A DNA stretch of 64,000 nt from a virus (lineage: Duplodnaviria > Caudoviricetes). The DNA lies in IMG/VR virus record IMGVR_UViG_3300030117_007612, positions 1-64,000 of that record; one strand, 5' to 3'. Positions within the stretch are counted from its first letter, which is position 1; every line of letters starts with the position of its first letter. Of the stretch, positions 55,466-64,000 are shown in pieces. Position numbers and translations under genes: made by a program. Below the pieces are notes generated by a model. It saw nothing but the letters and a program-made list of their open reading frames with translations, had not been told where the DNA came from and ran no database searches.

Positions 55466-55801
55466 ATGGTAATTTACGTAGATATTGATGAAACAATTTG
55501 CAATACCCCTGAGAGTAGGGACTATTCTGAAGCAAAACCAATTAAAGAAAACATCAACAAAATTAATGATTTATATGATGAAGGGCATGAAATTGTCTAT
55601 TGGACTGCTCGTGGCACGTTAACCGGGAAAGATTGGACAGAAGTAACCAAAAAGCAATTTAAAGAGTGGGGAGTTAAGTATCACGATTTAAAGCTCAAGA
55701 AGCCTTTCTACGATCTTTTTATTGATGACCGGGCAATTAATTCTGATATGTATTTTCAAAATAATAACAGAAAGGGAGACGTAAATTGGCAATGGACTTG
55801 A
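55466..55801 (+). CDS. small HAD phosphatase-like protein
   Basis: VDIDETIC, WTARG, KP..D.FIDDRA. Confidence 0.8.
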   Translation: MVIYVDIDETICNTPESRDYSEAKPIKENINKINDLYDEGHEIVYWTARGTLTGKDWTEVTKKQFKEWGVKYHDLKLKKPFYDLFIDDRAINSDMYFQNNNRKGDVNWQWT

Positions 55802-56082
55802 GACAATACTACAAATATTATCTTACCCTCCACCAAAACATAAATTGCCGGCGACTTCACTTTGCGGGTCAATGGGTTACACTGTTCTTTTTATTTTGGG
55901 TATTGTATACAAATACTCTATACTTGTTGCCCTTGGCGTTGTTTGTGATATATCCATTTGCATGGACCGGTCATTTCTTTTTTGAAAAAAATGAGCCCGC
56001 TGCTTTTAAGGCGCCAGTCAAGGCCAAGATATGCGATTGGATTATGTTTAAAGATATCATCTTGGGGAGAATTAAAATATGA
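55786..56082 (+). CDS. DUF962/Mpo1-like membrane protein
   Basis: Y...HQ....RRLHF.G, W.GHFFFEKN.PA.F. Confidence 0.7.
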   Translation: MAMDLRQYYKYYLTLHQNINCRRLHFAGQWVTLFFLFWVLYTNTLYLLPLALFVIYPFAWTGHFFFEKNEPAAFKAPVKAKICDWIMFKDIILGRIKI

Positions 56083-56999
56083 TTAACCTGATGCACGTTA
56101 ACGATTACATCATCGACACCAGCAAATTCCGCCCGCTACTACATGATAAGATCGTTGATGAGTTTGAACAAAATATAGCGGACTTTGTTGGGGCTAAGTA
56201 TGCATGCTCATTTCACAGCGCCACAATGGCAATATTCTTAGCGTTGGTTGAAAAGTCTCGGGAGACAATTATAATCCCCAGTGTTATACCACCCGTTGTA
56301 GCAAACGCCATCCTGTGTTCTGGTCATGGTCTAGGCTATCGTGACGATGTAAATTGGGTCGGAAACTCCTACATCCTTCACCAATTTGAGGATCATAAAA
56401 TTATTGATTCTGCCCAGCAGCTTACAGAGAACCAGTTTAAAGAACAGGCTAATGATGAGGACTTAATGATTTTTAGTTTTTATCCTACAAAGCCTGTAGG
56501 TAGTAGCGATGGTGGCCTAATTGTGTCTAATGACAAGGAAAAGATTGACCGGTTGAGAATTTTATCTAGAAATGGAATGTCTCTTGAAAAGAATAGCTGG
56601 GAAAGAAACATACTTTTGCCCGGCTGGAAGATGTATATGAATTCAATTCAGGCTTATATTGCTTATGAAAACTTTAAGAAACTTGAATCAAAAACAAAAA
56701 GGTATAATGAAATTAGAGAAGAGTATAATAGCGCCTTTGACAAAAACAATACAAGTCTCCATCTTTATAGATTAAATGTTGAAGATAACGATTCCTTTGT
56801 TTTAGATATGAAAGAGAAAGGAATCCAGTGTGGAATTCATTATAAAGCAATTCACTTAATGGGCGCATACTCTCGGGCCGGCCTAGATTTGCCAAAATCC
56901 GAGCAAGAAAGTAGAACAACGATCAGTATTCCATACCATGAGATGCTCACGGATGAACAGGTGGAGACTGTTATTAAGGAGATTAAAAATGTTATCTGA
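56079..56999 (+). CDS. DegT/DnrJ/EryC1/StrS sugar aminotransferase
   Basis: SAT.A, IDSAQ, FSFYPTK...DGG. Confidence 0.85.
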   Translation: MINLMHVNDYIIDTSKFRPLLHDKIVDEFEQNIADFVGAKYACSFHSATMAIFLALVEKSRETIIIPSVIPPVVANAILCSGHGLGYRDDVNWVGNSYILHQFEDHKIIDSAQQLTENQFKEQANDEDLMIFSFYPTKPVGSSDGGLIVSNDKEKIDRLRILSRNGMSLEKNSWERNILLPGWKMYMNSIQAYIAYENFKKLESKTKRYNEIREEYNSAFDKNNTSLHLYRLNVEDNDSFVLDMKEKGIQCGIHYKAIHLMGAYSRAGLDLPKSEQESRTTISIPYHEMLTDEQVETVIKEIKNVI

Positions 57000-57360
57000 G
57001 AACGGAACAAAAGAAACAGGCATCCTACGCTATATGGAACTGACCGATTTGAAATTTATCCCTAGAAGAATGTATTATATTACTGATACACCAAAGGGAG
57101 AAATTAGAGGAAAACATGGCCACTACGACGATCAGCAATATCTATTCTGCCTTCAAGGCGAGATAAAAGTAGAACTACACTCTATTAAAGAAGTGCGCAC
57201 GGTCTGGATGCGCGCCGGCGATGTTGTGTTTCTTGATAGAATGGTGTGGTCACAACAGCAGTATTTAACCGGCAACGACATTTTGTTGGTACTGTGTTCT
57301 ACGGCATTCGACAAAAAAGACTATATCACAGATATCAATGAGATAACGGGTGATAAATAA
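56989..57360 (+). CDS. FdtA/WxcM-like sugar 3,4-ketoisomerase
   Basis: Start ATG 56989; F..RR.YY, RG.HGH, LLVL.S..FD..DY. Confidence 0.75.
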   Translation: MLSENGTKETGILRYMELTDLKFIPRRMYYITDTPKGEIRGKHGHYDDQQYLFCLQGEIKVELHSIKEVRTVWMRAGDVVFLDRMVWSQQQYLTGNDILLVLCSTAFDKKDYITDINEITGDK

Positions 57361-58244
57361 TGGCGAGATGCATGGTCACAGGCCATAAAGGCTATATAGG
57401 TTCGAAATTATATCAAGCATTGCTGGATGATGGTCATGATGTAATAGGCATTGATTTAAAAAGTGAAATTCCTCATGACATCTTGGTGGACTTAAAAGAA
57501 GGATCCGACGGAAAATTTCATCCTTATTGGTATAATTTTAAACCAGAGTATATTTTTCATTTAGCTTGTTGGCCAAGAGTTGCATTTAGTATAGAGAAGC
57601 CAGTTGCAACAGCAATAAATAACATTCTTTCCAACTCTATAATGTTAAATTTTGCTAGAAAAGTTGGTTCGGTTAAAAGGTTTATTTATTCTAGCTCTTC
57701 TTCCGTTGTTGGGAATGGTTCTGGCCCCGAGAGTCCGTATGCATTACAAAAATATACAGCCGAGGTGGAGTGCACATTGTATTCTAAGCTTTACGATTTG
57801 GACACTGTCGCTCTTAGGTATTTCAACGTATACTCCCCTGATCAGAAGGTCGACGGGGCATATGCTACGGCTGTTGCGAATTGGATGAAGTTTATTAGAG
57901 AAGGCGAAGATCCCTATATTACCGGAGATGGGGAACAACGAAGAGATATGGTAAATGTTGCGGACGTTGTTTCCGCAAATATATTTGCCATGAATTACCC
58001 AGAGAGCCTTAATGGTCAAGTTTTTGACGTTGGTACAGGCGAGAATATATCGTTAAATGAGCTAAAAGATATCGTAGAAGAACTGCAGCCACATGTTAAT
58101 TTTGAATATAAACCTGAACGCCCGGGCGATGTGCAATTAACTAGGGCAAATACGGAGCCCTTAAAAAAAATAGGATGGCGTGCTAATATTAGTATACGTG
58201 ATGGCATGGTTGAATGCTTCAAGGATTTAGTGAAAGATGTCTGA
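57360..58244 (+). CDS. NAD-dependent epimerase/dehydratase
   Basis: TGHKGYIG, SSSS, SPYALQK, LRYFNVY, RPGD. Confidence 0.85.
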   Translation: MARCMVTGHKGYIGSKLYQALLDDGHDVIGIDLKSEIPHDILVDLKEGSDGKFHPYWYNFKPEYIFHLACWPRVAFSIEKPVATAINNILSNSIMLNFARKVGSVKRFIYSSSSSVVGNGSGPESPYALQKYTAEVECTLYSKLYDLDTVALRYFNVYSPDQKVDGAYATAVANWMKFIREGEDPYITGDGEQRRDMVNVADVVSANIFAMNYPESLNGQVFDVGTGENISLNELKDIVEELQPHVNFEYKPERPGDVQLTRANTEPLKKIGWRANISIRDGMVECFKDLVKDV

Positions 58245-59079
58245 TGTTGTTGGTATTGTTGGTCAAGGTTTTGTTGGCACAGCTATAAGAGAAGGCTTGT
58301 GTCACTTGTTCCAAATTGAAACTTATGATAAGTTCAAGAAAGAAGCGTCTACCTCTTATAGTGTAGAGGAGCTGTGCACGAAAACGAAAATCATATTTGT
58401 ATGCTTACCAACGCCAATGAAAAAAGACGGAACGTGTGATTTATCCCTTATACAAAACACAATTGAAAAAATAGACAAAGTATCAAACAAGCACGTAGCT
58501 GTTATAAAATCAACAGTGCCGCCGGGGACAACCAAGAAATTAAACAAGATGTGCAATGATTTGCAGGTAGTCTTTAATCCTGAATTTTTGACGGAAGCAA
58601 ATTACATTGATGATTTTAAGAATCAGAATAGAATTATTATAGGTGGACCCCGGCCGGCCTCAACAATTGTCAAGAATCTATACAGAAAAGCCTTCCAACA
58701 AACGCCAATAGTAAAAACAGGCTCAGATACTGCTGAGATGGTAAAGTACTTTACAAACTGTTTTCTTGCAATGAAGGTTAGTTTTGCTAATGAAATCAAA
58801 CAAGTATGTGATGCACACAGAATTGATTTTGACAAAGTGGTAGAATACGCTCTTTATGATCAAAGAATAGGAAATACACACTTATCAGTTCCCGGTCCTG
58901 ATGGCAAAAATGGATTTGGCGGCTCTTGTTTCCCCAAAGATTTAAACGCGTTGATACAGTTTGCGCTCGCTAGCGAGATTGATCCGAAAGTTTTGTCTGC
59001 AATTTGGAATAAAAATTTGGAAGTTAGACCCGAAAAAGATTGGGAATTGTTAAAGGGGAGGGCGGTATCTGATGCCTGA
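58237..59079 (+). CDS. UDP-glucose/GDP-mannose dehydrogenase family (lacks C-terminal domain)
   Basis: GQGFVG, VCLPTP, KSTVPPG, NPEFL, AE..KY..N, GGSCFPKD. Confidence 0.88.
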   Translation: MSDVVGIVGQGFVGTAIREGLCHLFQIETYDKFKKEASTSYSVEELCTKTKIIFVCLPTPMKKDGTCDLSLIQNTIEKIDKVSNKHVAVIKSTVPPGTTKKLNKMCNDLQVVFNPEFLTEANYIDDFKNQNRIIIGGPRPASTIVKNLYRKAFQQTPIVKTGSDTAEMVKYFTNCFLAMKVSFANEIKQVCDAHRIDFDKVVEYALYDQRIGNTHLSVPGPDGKNGFGGSCFPKDLNALIQFALASEIDPKVLSAIWNKNLEVRPEKDWELLKGRAVSDA

Positions 59080-59428
59080 ATTGCCAATGAAGCACGTAGA
59101 TAAAGGTTGGGGCTGGGAACGCTGGATTGTCAATAATGAGGAATATTGTGGAAAGCTCCTGTTTTTTAATTCTGGCAAAAGATGCTCATGGCATTATCAT
59201 GTTTTAAAAGATGAGGTCTTTTACTTGCAATCCGGAAAAATGATGATTTATTATTCAGAACAGGATGATATTACAAAAGCAAAACAATTGATTTTGAAAG
59301 CCGGCGATAATTTTCATATATATCGCGGCTTGAGACACCAAATGGTAGCATTAGAAGACTCAGAATTATTTGAATTTTCAACACAACACTTTGATAGTGA
59401 TAGCCACAGAATATTAAAAGGAGATTAA
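59072..59428 (+). CDS. cupin-fold protein (sugar isomerase-like)
   Basis: KGWG.E, SWHYH..KDE.F, RHQM. Confidence 0.7.
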   Translation: MPELPMKHVDKGWGWERWIVNNEEYCGKLLFFNSGKRCSWHYHVLKDEVFYLQSGKMMIYYSEQDDITKAKQLILKAGDNFHIYRGLRHQMVALEDSELFEFSTQHFDSDSHRILKGD

Positions 59429-59432
59429 TAAA

Positions 59433-59636
59433 ATGGCAGAAACAATAGTATACAACCTTTCAGATCAGGCCCTTGGCGCCGTCATGATGGCGCTGCAAAA
59501 ATCTTTGTTAGATCAATCTGACATCGTGCCGGTTTTAAAGAACTTTAAGTTTAGATTGTCGGATACGGGCCTCATGGTCATGAATCCTCCGATTGTCAAG
59601 TTTGAAGACGAAGAGCCAGACAGCGAGAGCGAGTGA
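59433..59636 (+). CDS. hypothetical protein
   Basis: 67 aa, AAGGAG SD. Confidence 0.55.
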   Translation: MAETIVYNLSDQALGAVMMALQKSLLDQSDIVPVLKNFKFRLSDTGLMVMNPPIVKFEDEEPDSESE

Positions 59637-59641
59637 AGTAT

Positions 59642-59896
59642 ATGCCAAATTACACTTACAGATGTGATCACTGCGAAGTGCAATTTAGTATATTCCACAG
59701 CATTAATGATATTTTGGTAAAATGTCAGGAGTGCAATGAAGAATCTTTGGTGCGTGTGCCACAATCGATTATTAACACCACCAGTACAAAAAAACAAAAA
59801 ACAGGAACGATTGTTAAAGATTACATTAAAGATGCCAAGCTTGATCTTGAGCATCAAAAAAACGAAATGAAAAACGAAATTTATAAAGATGACTAG
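59642..59896 (+). CDS. FmdB-type zinc-ribbon protein
   Basis: MP.Y.YRC..C ... C.EC. Confidence 0.75.
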   Translation: MPNYTYRCDHCEVQFSIFHSINDILVKCQECNEESLVRVPQSIINTTSTKKQKTGTIVKDYIKDAKLDLEHQKNEMKNEIYKDD

Positions 59897-60236
59897 ACTA
59901 GAAATAACATTGACATTAATAATGTCAGCTTCTTTGTTGGCAAACATAGGGCTGGTTTTATATTTACGCAGCGCTTTGGTAAGACTATTAAGCTTTTCTG
60001 ATGAATTGTATGATTTACAGGGAATGATAGATAATTTTTCCGATCATGTTAACAGTATTTACGAAATGGAGATGTTTTATGGAGATGAAACACTACAGTT
60101 TTTAATGGAACACGCAAAAGATTTTAAAGCGCAGTTATCTAATTTCGATTACATATACACCCTAGTAGAGAAAGAAGATGACGGAGAATCAGAGCAAGCC
60201 GAAACCGAAGAGAAGGAAGAGGCGGTCCAAGAATAA
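59889..60236 (+). CDS. membrane-anchored coiled-coil protein
   Basis: N-terminal TM helix. Confidence 0.5.
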   Translation: MTRLEITLTLIMSASLLANIGLVLYLRSALVRLLSFSDELYDLQGMIDNFSDHVNSIYEMEMFYGDETLQFLMEHAKDFKAQLSNFDYIYTLVEKEDDGESEQAETEEKEEAVQE

Positions 60237-60900
60237 AAAGCATTATTTTACCCAAGATCATGAAGATGCGATAGTTCAATATACAAAAACAAATTGCGTA
60301 AGAGAAAGAACGGAATTGTATGTAAAATGGATTGAACCAGCGTTTAATGAGATGGTGGATAAGATTGTTTTTACTTACAAATTTACAACCTTGCCAAATA
60401 TTCACGACTTGAGGTGTGAATGCAAGGTGTGGCTTACCACCATTCTTGATAAATATGATCCCAACAAGGGATCAAAGGCGTTTTCTTACTTTAGCGTTAT
60501 AACTAAAAATTGGTTTATTCATAAAGTTAAAAAACAGCAAAAACAAAACAAAAGAGAAGTTGACTTAGACAACATTTCTAAAGATTACGAAGAGCGGTAT
60601 CTCTCGACCACCATGCCTTATCTTGAGGATCGAGAGAAAGAGGAGTTTTGGAGACATTTATACAAAGAGATGGCATCATGGGATCCCGATATGATGAAGG
60701 AGAATGAAAGAAAAGTATACGAAGCCATAAAAATTCTTTTTGATAATAGCGAAAGCATAGAAATTTTTAACAAAAAAGCTATTTATTTATACCTGAGAGA
60801 GATCACGGGACTTAACACCAAGCAGGTTGTTAATAATTTAAACAAACTTAGAAAAAAATATAAAACTTTTAAAAGAAATTGGGACAAAGGCGACACATGA
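60178..60900 (+). CDS. phage sigma-factor-like protein
   Basis: KYDPNKGSKAFSYF resembles sigma region 2.3; C-terminal HTH-like LREITGLNTKQV. Confidence 0.55.
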   Translation: MTENQSKPKPKRRKRRSKNKKHYFTQDHEDAIVQYTKTNCVRERTELYVKWIEPAFNEMVDKIVFTYKFTTLPNIHDLRCECKVWLTTILDKYDPNKGSKAFSYFSVITKNWFIHKVKKQQKQNKREVDLDNISKDYEERYLSTTMPYLEDREKEEFWRHLYKEMASWDPDMMKENERKVYEAIKILFDNSESIEIFNKKAIYLYLREITGLNTKQVVNNLNKLRKKYKTFKRNWDKGDT

Positions 60901-61199
60901 AAAAAACAGATATGGAAACATTGATGGACGAAGCTCTTGTTAATATTCGAGATGATCGAAAATTAGCACGTGAGCTTTTAAATGATGTTGCCAATCTGCT
61001 AGCTGACACGCCCAGCGAGAGTAAGTATTTGAGCCCCGTGGCTGCCAAACATATAGAAACCCTGCAACGTTCAAATGAACAACTGGTGAAGTTAATATCA
61101 ATTCGTCAAAAAGAAGTAAACGTGGATCAAAACCTTAGCGACAATGATAAAAATGAATTGTTTGAGCTAATAAAAGGCGATAAAACGGAGGAACTATAG
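60879..61199 (+). CDS. hypothetical helical protein
   Basis: 106-aa ORF; likely start at internal Met. Confidence 0.5.
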   Translation: MGQRRHMKKTDMETLMDEALVNIRDDRKLARELLNDVANLLADTPSESKYLSPVAAKHIETLQRSNEQLVKLISIRQKEVNVDQNLSDNDKNELFELIKGDKTEEL

Positions 61200-62336
61200 A
61201 TGTCGTGGCAAAAAAGACTTATCAATCACACAGAACTCGGCGGTCCCGAAGGCATACTGGACATATTAGCAGAGACCATAAAGGGCGTATTCAACCCAAA
61301 TACGAATGCAGGTAGAACTCAATTTAGGGCTTTAGTACTCGACGATTCGGTAAGCCTAAATATTTCTGATGTTGCGCAACTCGGCGGATTAAATATCGAC
61401 GGCGCCGAAGTTGAAAGTGTGTATGCAAATACTTTTCGTCAAGGCGTCCGCGTTAGAATTGTTGAAGAGGATTCGCCCCATGGATGCTTACCTTCACCAA
61501 AATCTATATTGCGACCAGATCAGGCCGACTTAAATTCAATTGCAATGCATCCATTGGCCATATCGCAAGTTGTTTATGAAGATTCACTTCAAAGCACTCT
61601 GCGACCCGGCGACATTGTTTGGTGCACCTACGAGCGCGGCCCTGACGGCTCGAAAACACGAAATTTACAGATTATGCCAAAGGAATATATTCAAAAAGCT
61701 GACAGCAGAGTAACAGGTTTATCTCACAGGCCGATGGCTATTACTGCGATGAGGGGTCCGTCTAAATCATTAGATGAAATGTATGGTGATCGCAGCGCCT
61801 TTACGACCCCCACTGCTCAAGAAACTTTAGACCACTTAAGATCAATTTATCCCGGCGCCTCAGAAGAATTTTTATTTGGACTTATGGGCAACATCAACTC
61901 TGAAAGTGCATTTGATAATATGATCGCCGGCGATCCGCCCAGAACCGAGTACGGCAGAGAAAGAGCCCTCCTCGGCCGCGGCCTACACGGTGTCGAAGGA
62001 GATTACTGTTCACATGGTCACTATCAAATGAATATCTGCGGCAAGACCTACGCCGGCAGCGAGTACATCAGGTGGGCTAGCAATGGCACAGTTGATCCTG
62101 CAAAGGATAAGGTTGAAACAGCTAAGCTAATGTGGAATTGGAAAGGTCAGAGTGAATATGTTAAATACTGGATGGAATCGCAAGGCGCAGATCCGACGAG
62201 CAGCCGACCCCCTCGCTATGGCAGCTGGACAGAATTTATTATGAGAGACTTTGAAAATTGCCTGACATGCGACCACGACGGCCATATTGCTAAACGGGAA
62301 GCCGCATCCAGACAATTACGAAATCAATTAAATTAG
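61200..62336 (+). CDS. probable baseplate hub protein with tail-lysozyme-like domain
   Basis: N-terminal beta-rich domain; GLMGNINSES...G..Q lysozyme-like motif. Confidence 0.5.
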   Translation: MSWQKRLINHTELGGPEGILDILAETIKGVFNPNTNAGRTQFRALVLDDSVSLNISDVAQLGGLNIDGAEVESVYANTFRQGVRVRIVEEDSPHGCLPSPKSILRPDQADLNSIAMHPLAISQVVYEDSLQSTLRPGDIVWCTYERGPDGSKTRNLQIMPKEYIQKADSRVTGLSHRPMAITAMRGPSKSLDEMYGDRSAFTTPTAQETLDHLRSIYPGASEEFLFGLMGNINSESAFDNMIAGDPPRTEYGRERALLGRGLHGVEGDYCSHGHYQMNICGKTYAGSEYIRWASNGTVDPAKDKVETAKLMWNWKGQSEYVKYWMESQGADPTSSRPPRYGSWTEFIMRDFENCLTCDHDGHIAKREAASRQLRNQLN

Positions 62337-62354
62337 AATAATAAGGAGTAAATT

Positions 62355-63365
62355 ATGAGCATTATTGGAGGAGACAAGCGCCCGATGCACGACGTCGGAG
62401 ACGCTAGCAAACTTCAACAAGAAAACCTTGCCATGGCCAAAACGGCAATGCAGAAAATGAATGCTGTGCCGGCAGGCTCTGGCCTCTTTCACACGAAGGG
62501 GGTAGAACCAACTTGCAACCCTGTGAGAGCACCGGCAGAGAAATGGCTGACGTCTCCCGGTGCACCAAATGCTGCAGTTAGAATAGGTAAAGACCGCCCA
62601 CACCATATTACATCGGGCTACGGCGCCAAGGGCGCCACTGGCTGTAGTACTATTGATATTGTTGCCGGCATGGGCGCTAAACATAACACAGCATCAGGCA
62701 CCGGCCCTAGAGACGGGGAGTATCTTAATCCTAGCCCGCATGGCGATGCAGCACGAATATTGTGTACTGCGATGACTGATGTTGATACAAACTTTAGATT
62801 AGATCCCGGCACAATTGGTAGTTCTGTAGCAAGATCAGCATGCGCCATGAAGGCGGACGCAATTAGGCTTATGGGCGCCGACGGCGGTATTAAACTTGTT
62901 ACTGGTAAAGATGATGGAGTTGAGGGTGCTGGATATAACGCCCGCGGCGGCAAGATTAAACAACCCGCCCCCGGTATTGAATTGATTGCTGGGAACAACT
63001 CAGAGCCTAAAAAAGCATACATTAGGATACCAGAGTTTAAAGTTGAAACAATCAGGTCTTTGCAGCCAGTAGCCATGGCTGACAACGTAAGGGATTGCCT
63101 TCAAGAATTATGCACCAATTTACAACAGTTTCAGAGTCATGTTTATTTGTTTATGACAAATCAAATAATTTACAATGCTAACAACAATATCGACCTTTTA
63201 AGACCATGGGTAGCTGCAGTTGGAACACCAGCGACTGTAGGACAAATTGTTAATGCTTGGGTGCCTGATGTCCCTACAAGATATAATTGGTTTGCTTGGG
63301 AGGCTAACTATTTAGTCGCCGGTTCATACAAATATGTTGGGAGCCATAATGTACGCGTTACGTAA
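62355..63365 (+). CDS. probable baseplate/spike protein
   Basis: G/A-rich beta pattern; follows lysozyme-like gene. Confidence 0.35.
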   Translation: MSIIGGDKRPMHDVGDASKLQQENLAMAKTAMQKMNAVPAGSGLFHTKGVEPTCNPVRAPAEKWLTSPGAPNAAVRIGKDRPHHITSGYGAKGATGCSTIDIVAGMGAKHNTASGTGPRDGEYLNPSPHGDAARILCTAMTDVDTNFRLDPGTIGSSVARSACAMKADAIRLMGADGGIKLVTGKDDGVEGAGYNARGGKIKQPAPGIELIAGNNSEPKKAYIRIPEFKVETIRSLQPVAMADNVRDCLQELCTNLQQFQSHVYLFMTNQIIYNANNNIDLLRPWVAAVGTPATVGQIVNAWVPDVPTRYNWFAWEANYLVAGSYKYVGSHNVRVT

Positions 63366-63379
63366 GCCCAGAGGAAGAA

Positions 63380-64000
63380 ATGGCAAAATTTTCTGATTTT
63401 CAAGATTTAAACAACGATGGATTAGTAGATAAATGCGTGGTGGAGCTTCCAATAAAGCAGGATCCATGCCCTACGTGTATTCCAAACCCGCATGCCATAA
63501 GGCCAGATTGGACTAAAAAATCACATCTTGAATCGTATTTAAACCAAAGAACATGTGAATATACGATTATTTTTAGGAGTAACTACAAAGATACCGGCGG
63601 TACCGGCAACTCAGTAAAAGACGAGCAAACTATAGTCGATCGCTGGGAGGAATACAAAGAAGATGCAGTAAAGGAGATACTGGAAGCATATGCAAAAGAC
63701 ACATCTCCCACATATGTGTCGACAACATCGTCGAGTGTAAAATACGATAAAAAAGATTGGTACCTATCCGTAATACCAAACTCTAGAATAAAGTTTAAAT
63801 ATAGAATACCCGCAGAAGTCCTCAATTCAATTCCGGAGGCCCCCCAGCATGCTGAGGCCCCGACAGCACCAATAGAGGTGGAATACGATGTCAATGAATT
63901 AAGATTGGCCTTAATAAGAATAAGCAAAGGTCTGCATCTGTATTCGAGATACATAAGAGTATTTCAGGCCGTTGAGGGAGGTAGGGTTACGTGGGCCCGC
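63380..64000 (+). CDS. large protein, partial (open at window end); not in ORF track
   Basis: GAGGA SD; MAKFSDFQDLNNDGLVDKC...; no stop in 207 codons. Confidence 0.7.
   Translation, partial: MAKFSDFQDLNNDGLVDKCVVELPIKQDPCPTCIPNPHAIRPDWTKKSHLESYLNQRTCEYTIIFRSNYKDTGGTGNSVKDEQTIVDRWEEYKEDAVKEILEAYAKDTSPTYVSTTSSSVKYDKKDWYLSVIPNSRIKFKYRIPAEVLNSIPEAPQHAEAPTAPIEVEYDVNELRLALIRISKGLHLYSRYIRVFQAVEGGRVTWAR

Noticed and set aside
61200-62336. Endolysin
   Set aside because: The lysozyme-like motif follows a long structural-type N-terminus among probable baseplate genes; a tail-associated role fits better
1-64000. Stop-codon reassignment, as in some jumbo phages
   Set aside because: Long intact code-11 ORFs tile the + strand, all three stops end genes, and there is no suppressor tRNA
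1-64000. Minus-strand and off-frame ORFs in the track
   Set aside because: They shadow well-supported + strand genes and lack SD sites or motifs
1-64000. Eukaryotic giant virus or bacterial chromosome origin, suggested by the glycan genes
   Set aside because: Sigma70 promoters, SD sites, tmRNA and CCA-encoding tRNAs indicate a bacterial system; unidirectional small-ORF packing and absence of housekeeping operons indicate a phage

Overview
64 kb of a large tailed bacteriophage (jumbo/T4-like style), all supported genes on the + strand, standard genetic code. It has sigma70-type promoters, Shine-Dalgarno sites, a tmRNA and three CCA-encoding tRNAs. Layout: (1) 1-4.9 kb, a more GC-rich early region of small genes in repeated promoter cassettes (tandem TTGACA at 11-bp period, then -35/-10 and a shared leader). 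(2) 5-26 kb, AT-rich probable late/virion genes. Six of these share an N-terminal MKL(L/I)xENW-x2-(F/Y) leader fused to unrelated payloads (ADP-ribosyltransferase, J-domain, GNAT-like, HAD, and two proteins with hidden Sec/Tat signals); a Nudix protein carries a degenerate copy. This block also has a CglF/GltF-like gliding-motility gene and an RNA-ligase-like/nucleotidyltransferase fusion. (3) 26-36 kb, Fis-like HTH, tmRNA, Hsp20, proteases, lipoproteins, tRNAs, PhoH and a Cas4-like nuclease. (4) 36-59.4 kb, a ~23.5 kb glycan/nonulosonate biosynthesis island. (5) 59.4-64 kb, a sigma-like factor and probable baseplate genes. The best candidate for an undescribed system is the leader-plus-payload family, which resembles the T4 capsid-targeting sequence. 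The CglF-like gene and lipoproteins suggest a Myxococcota/Bdellovibrionota host (inference). All family assignments come from motifs read by eye; no database search was run.
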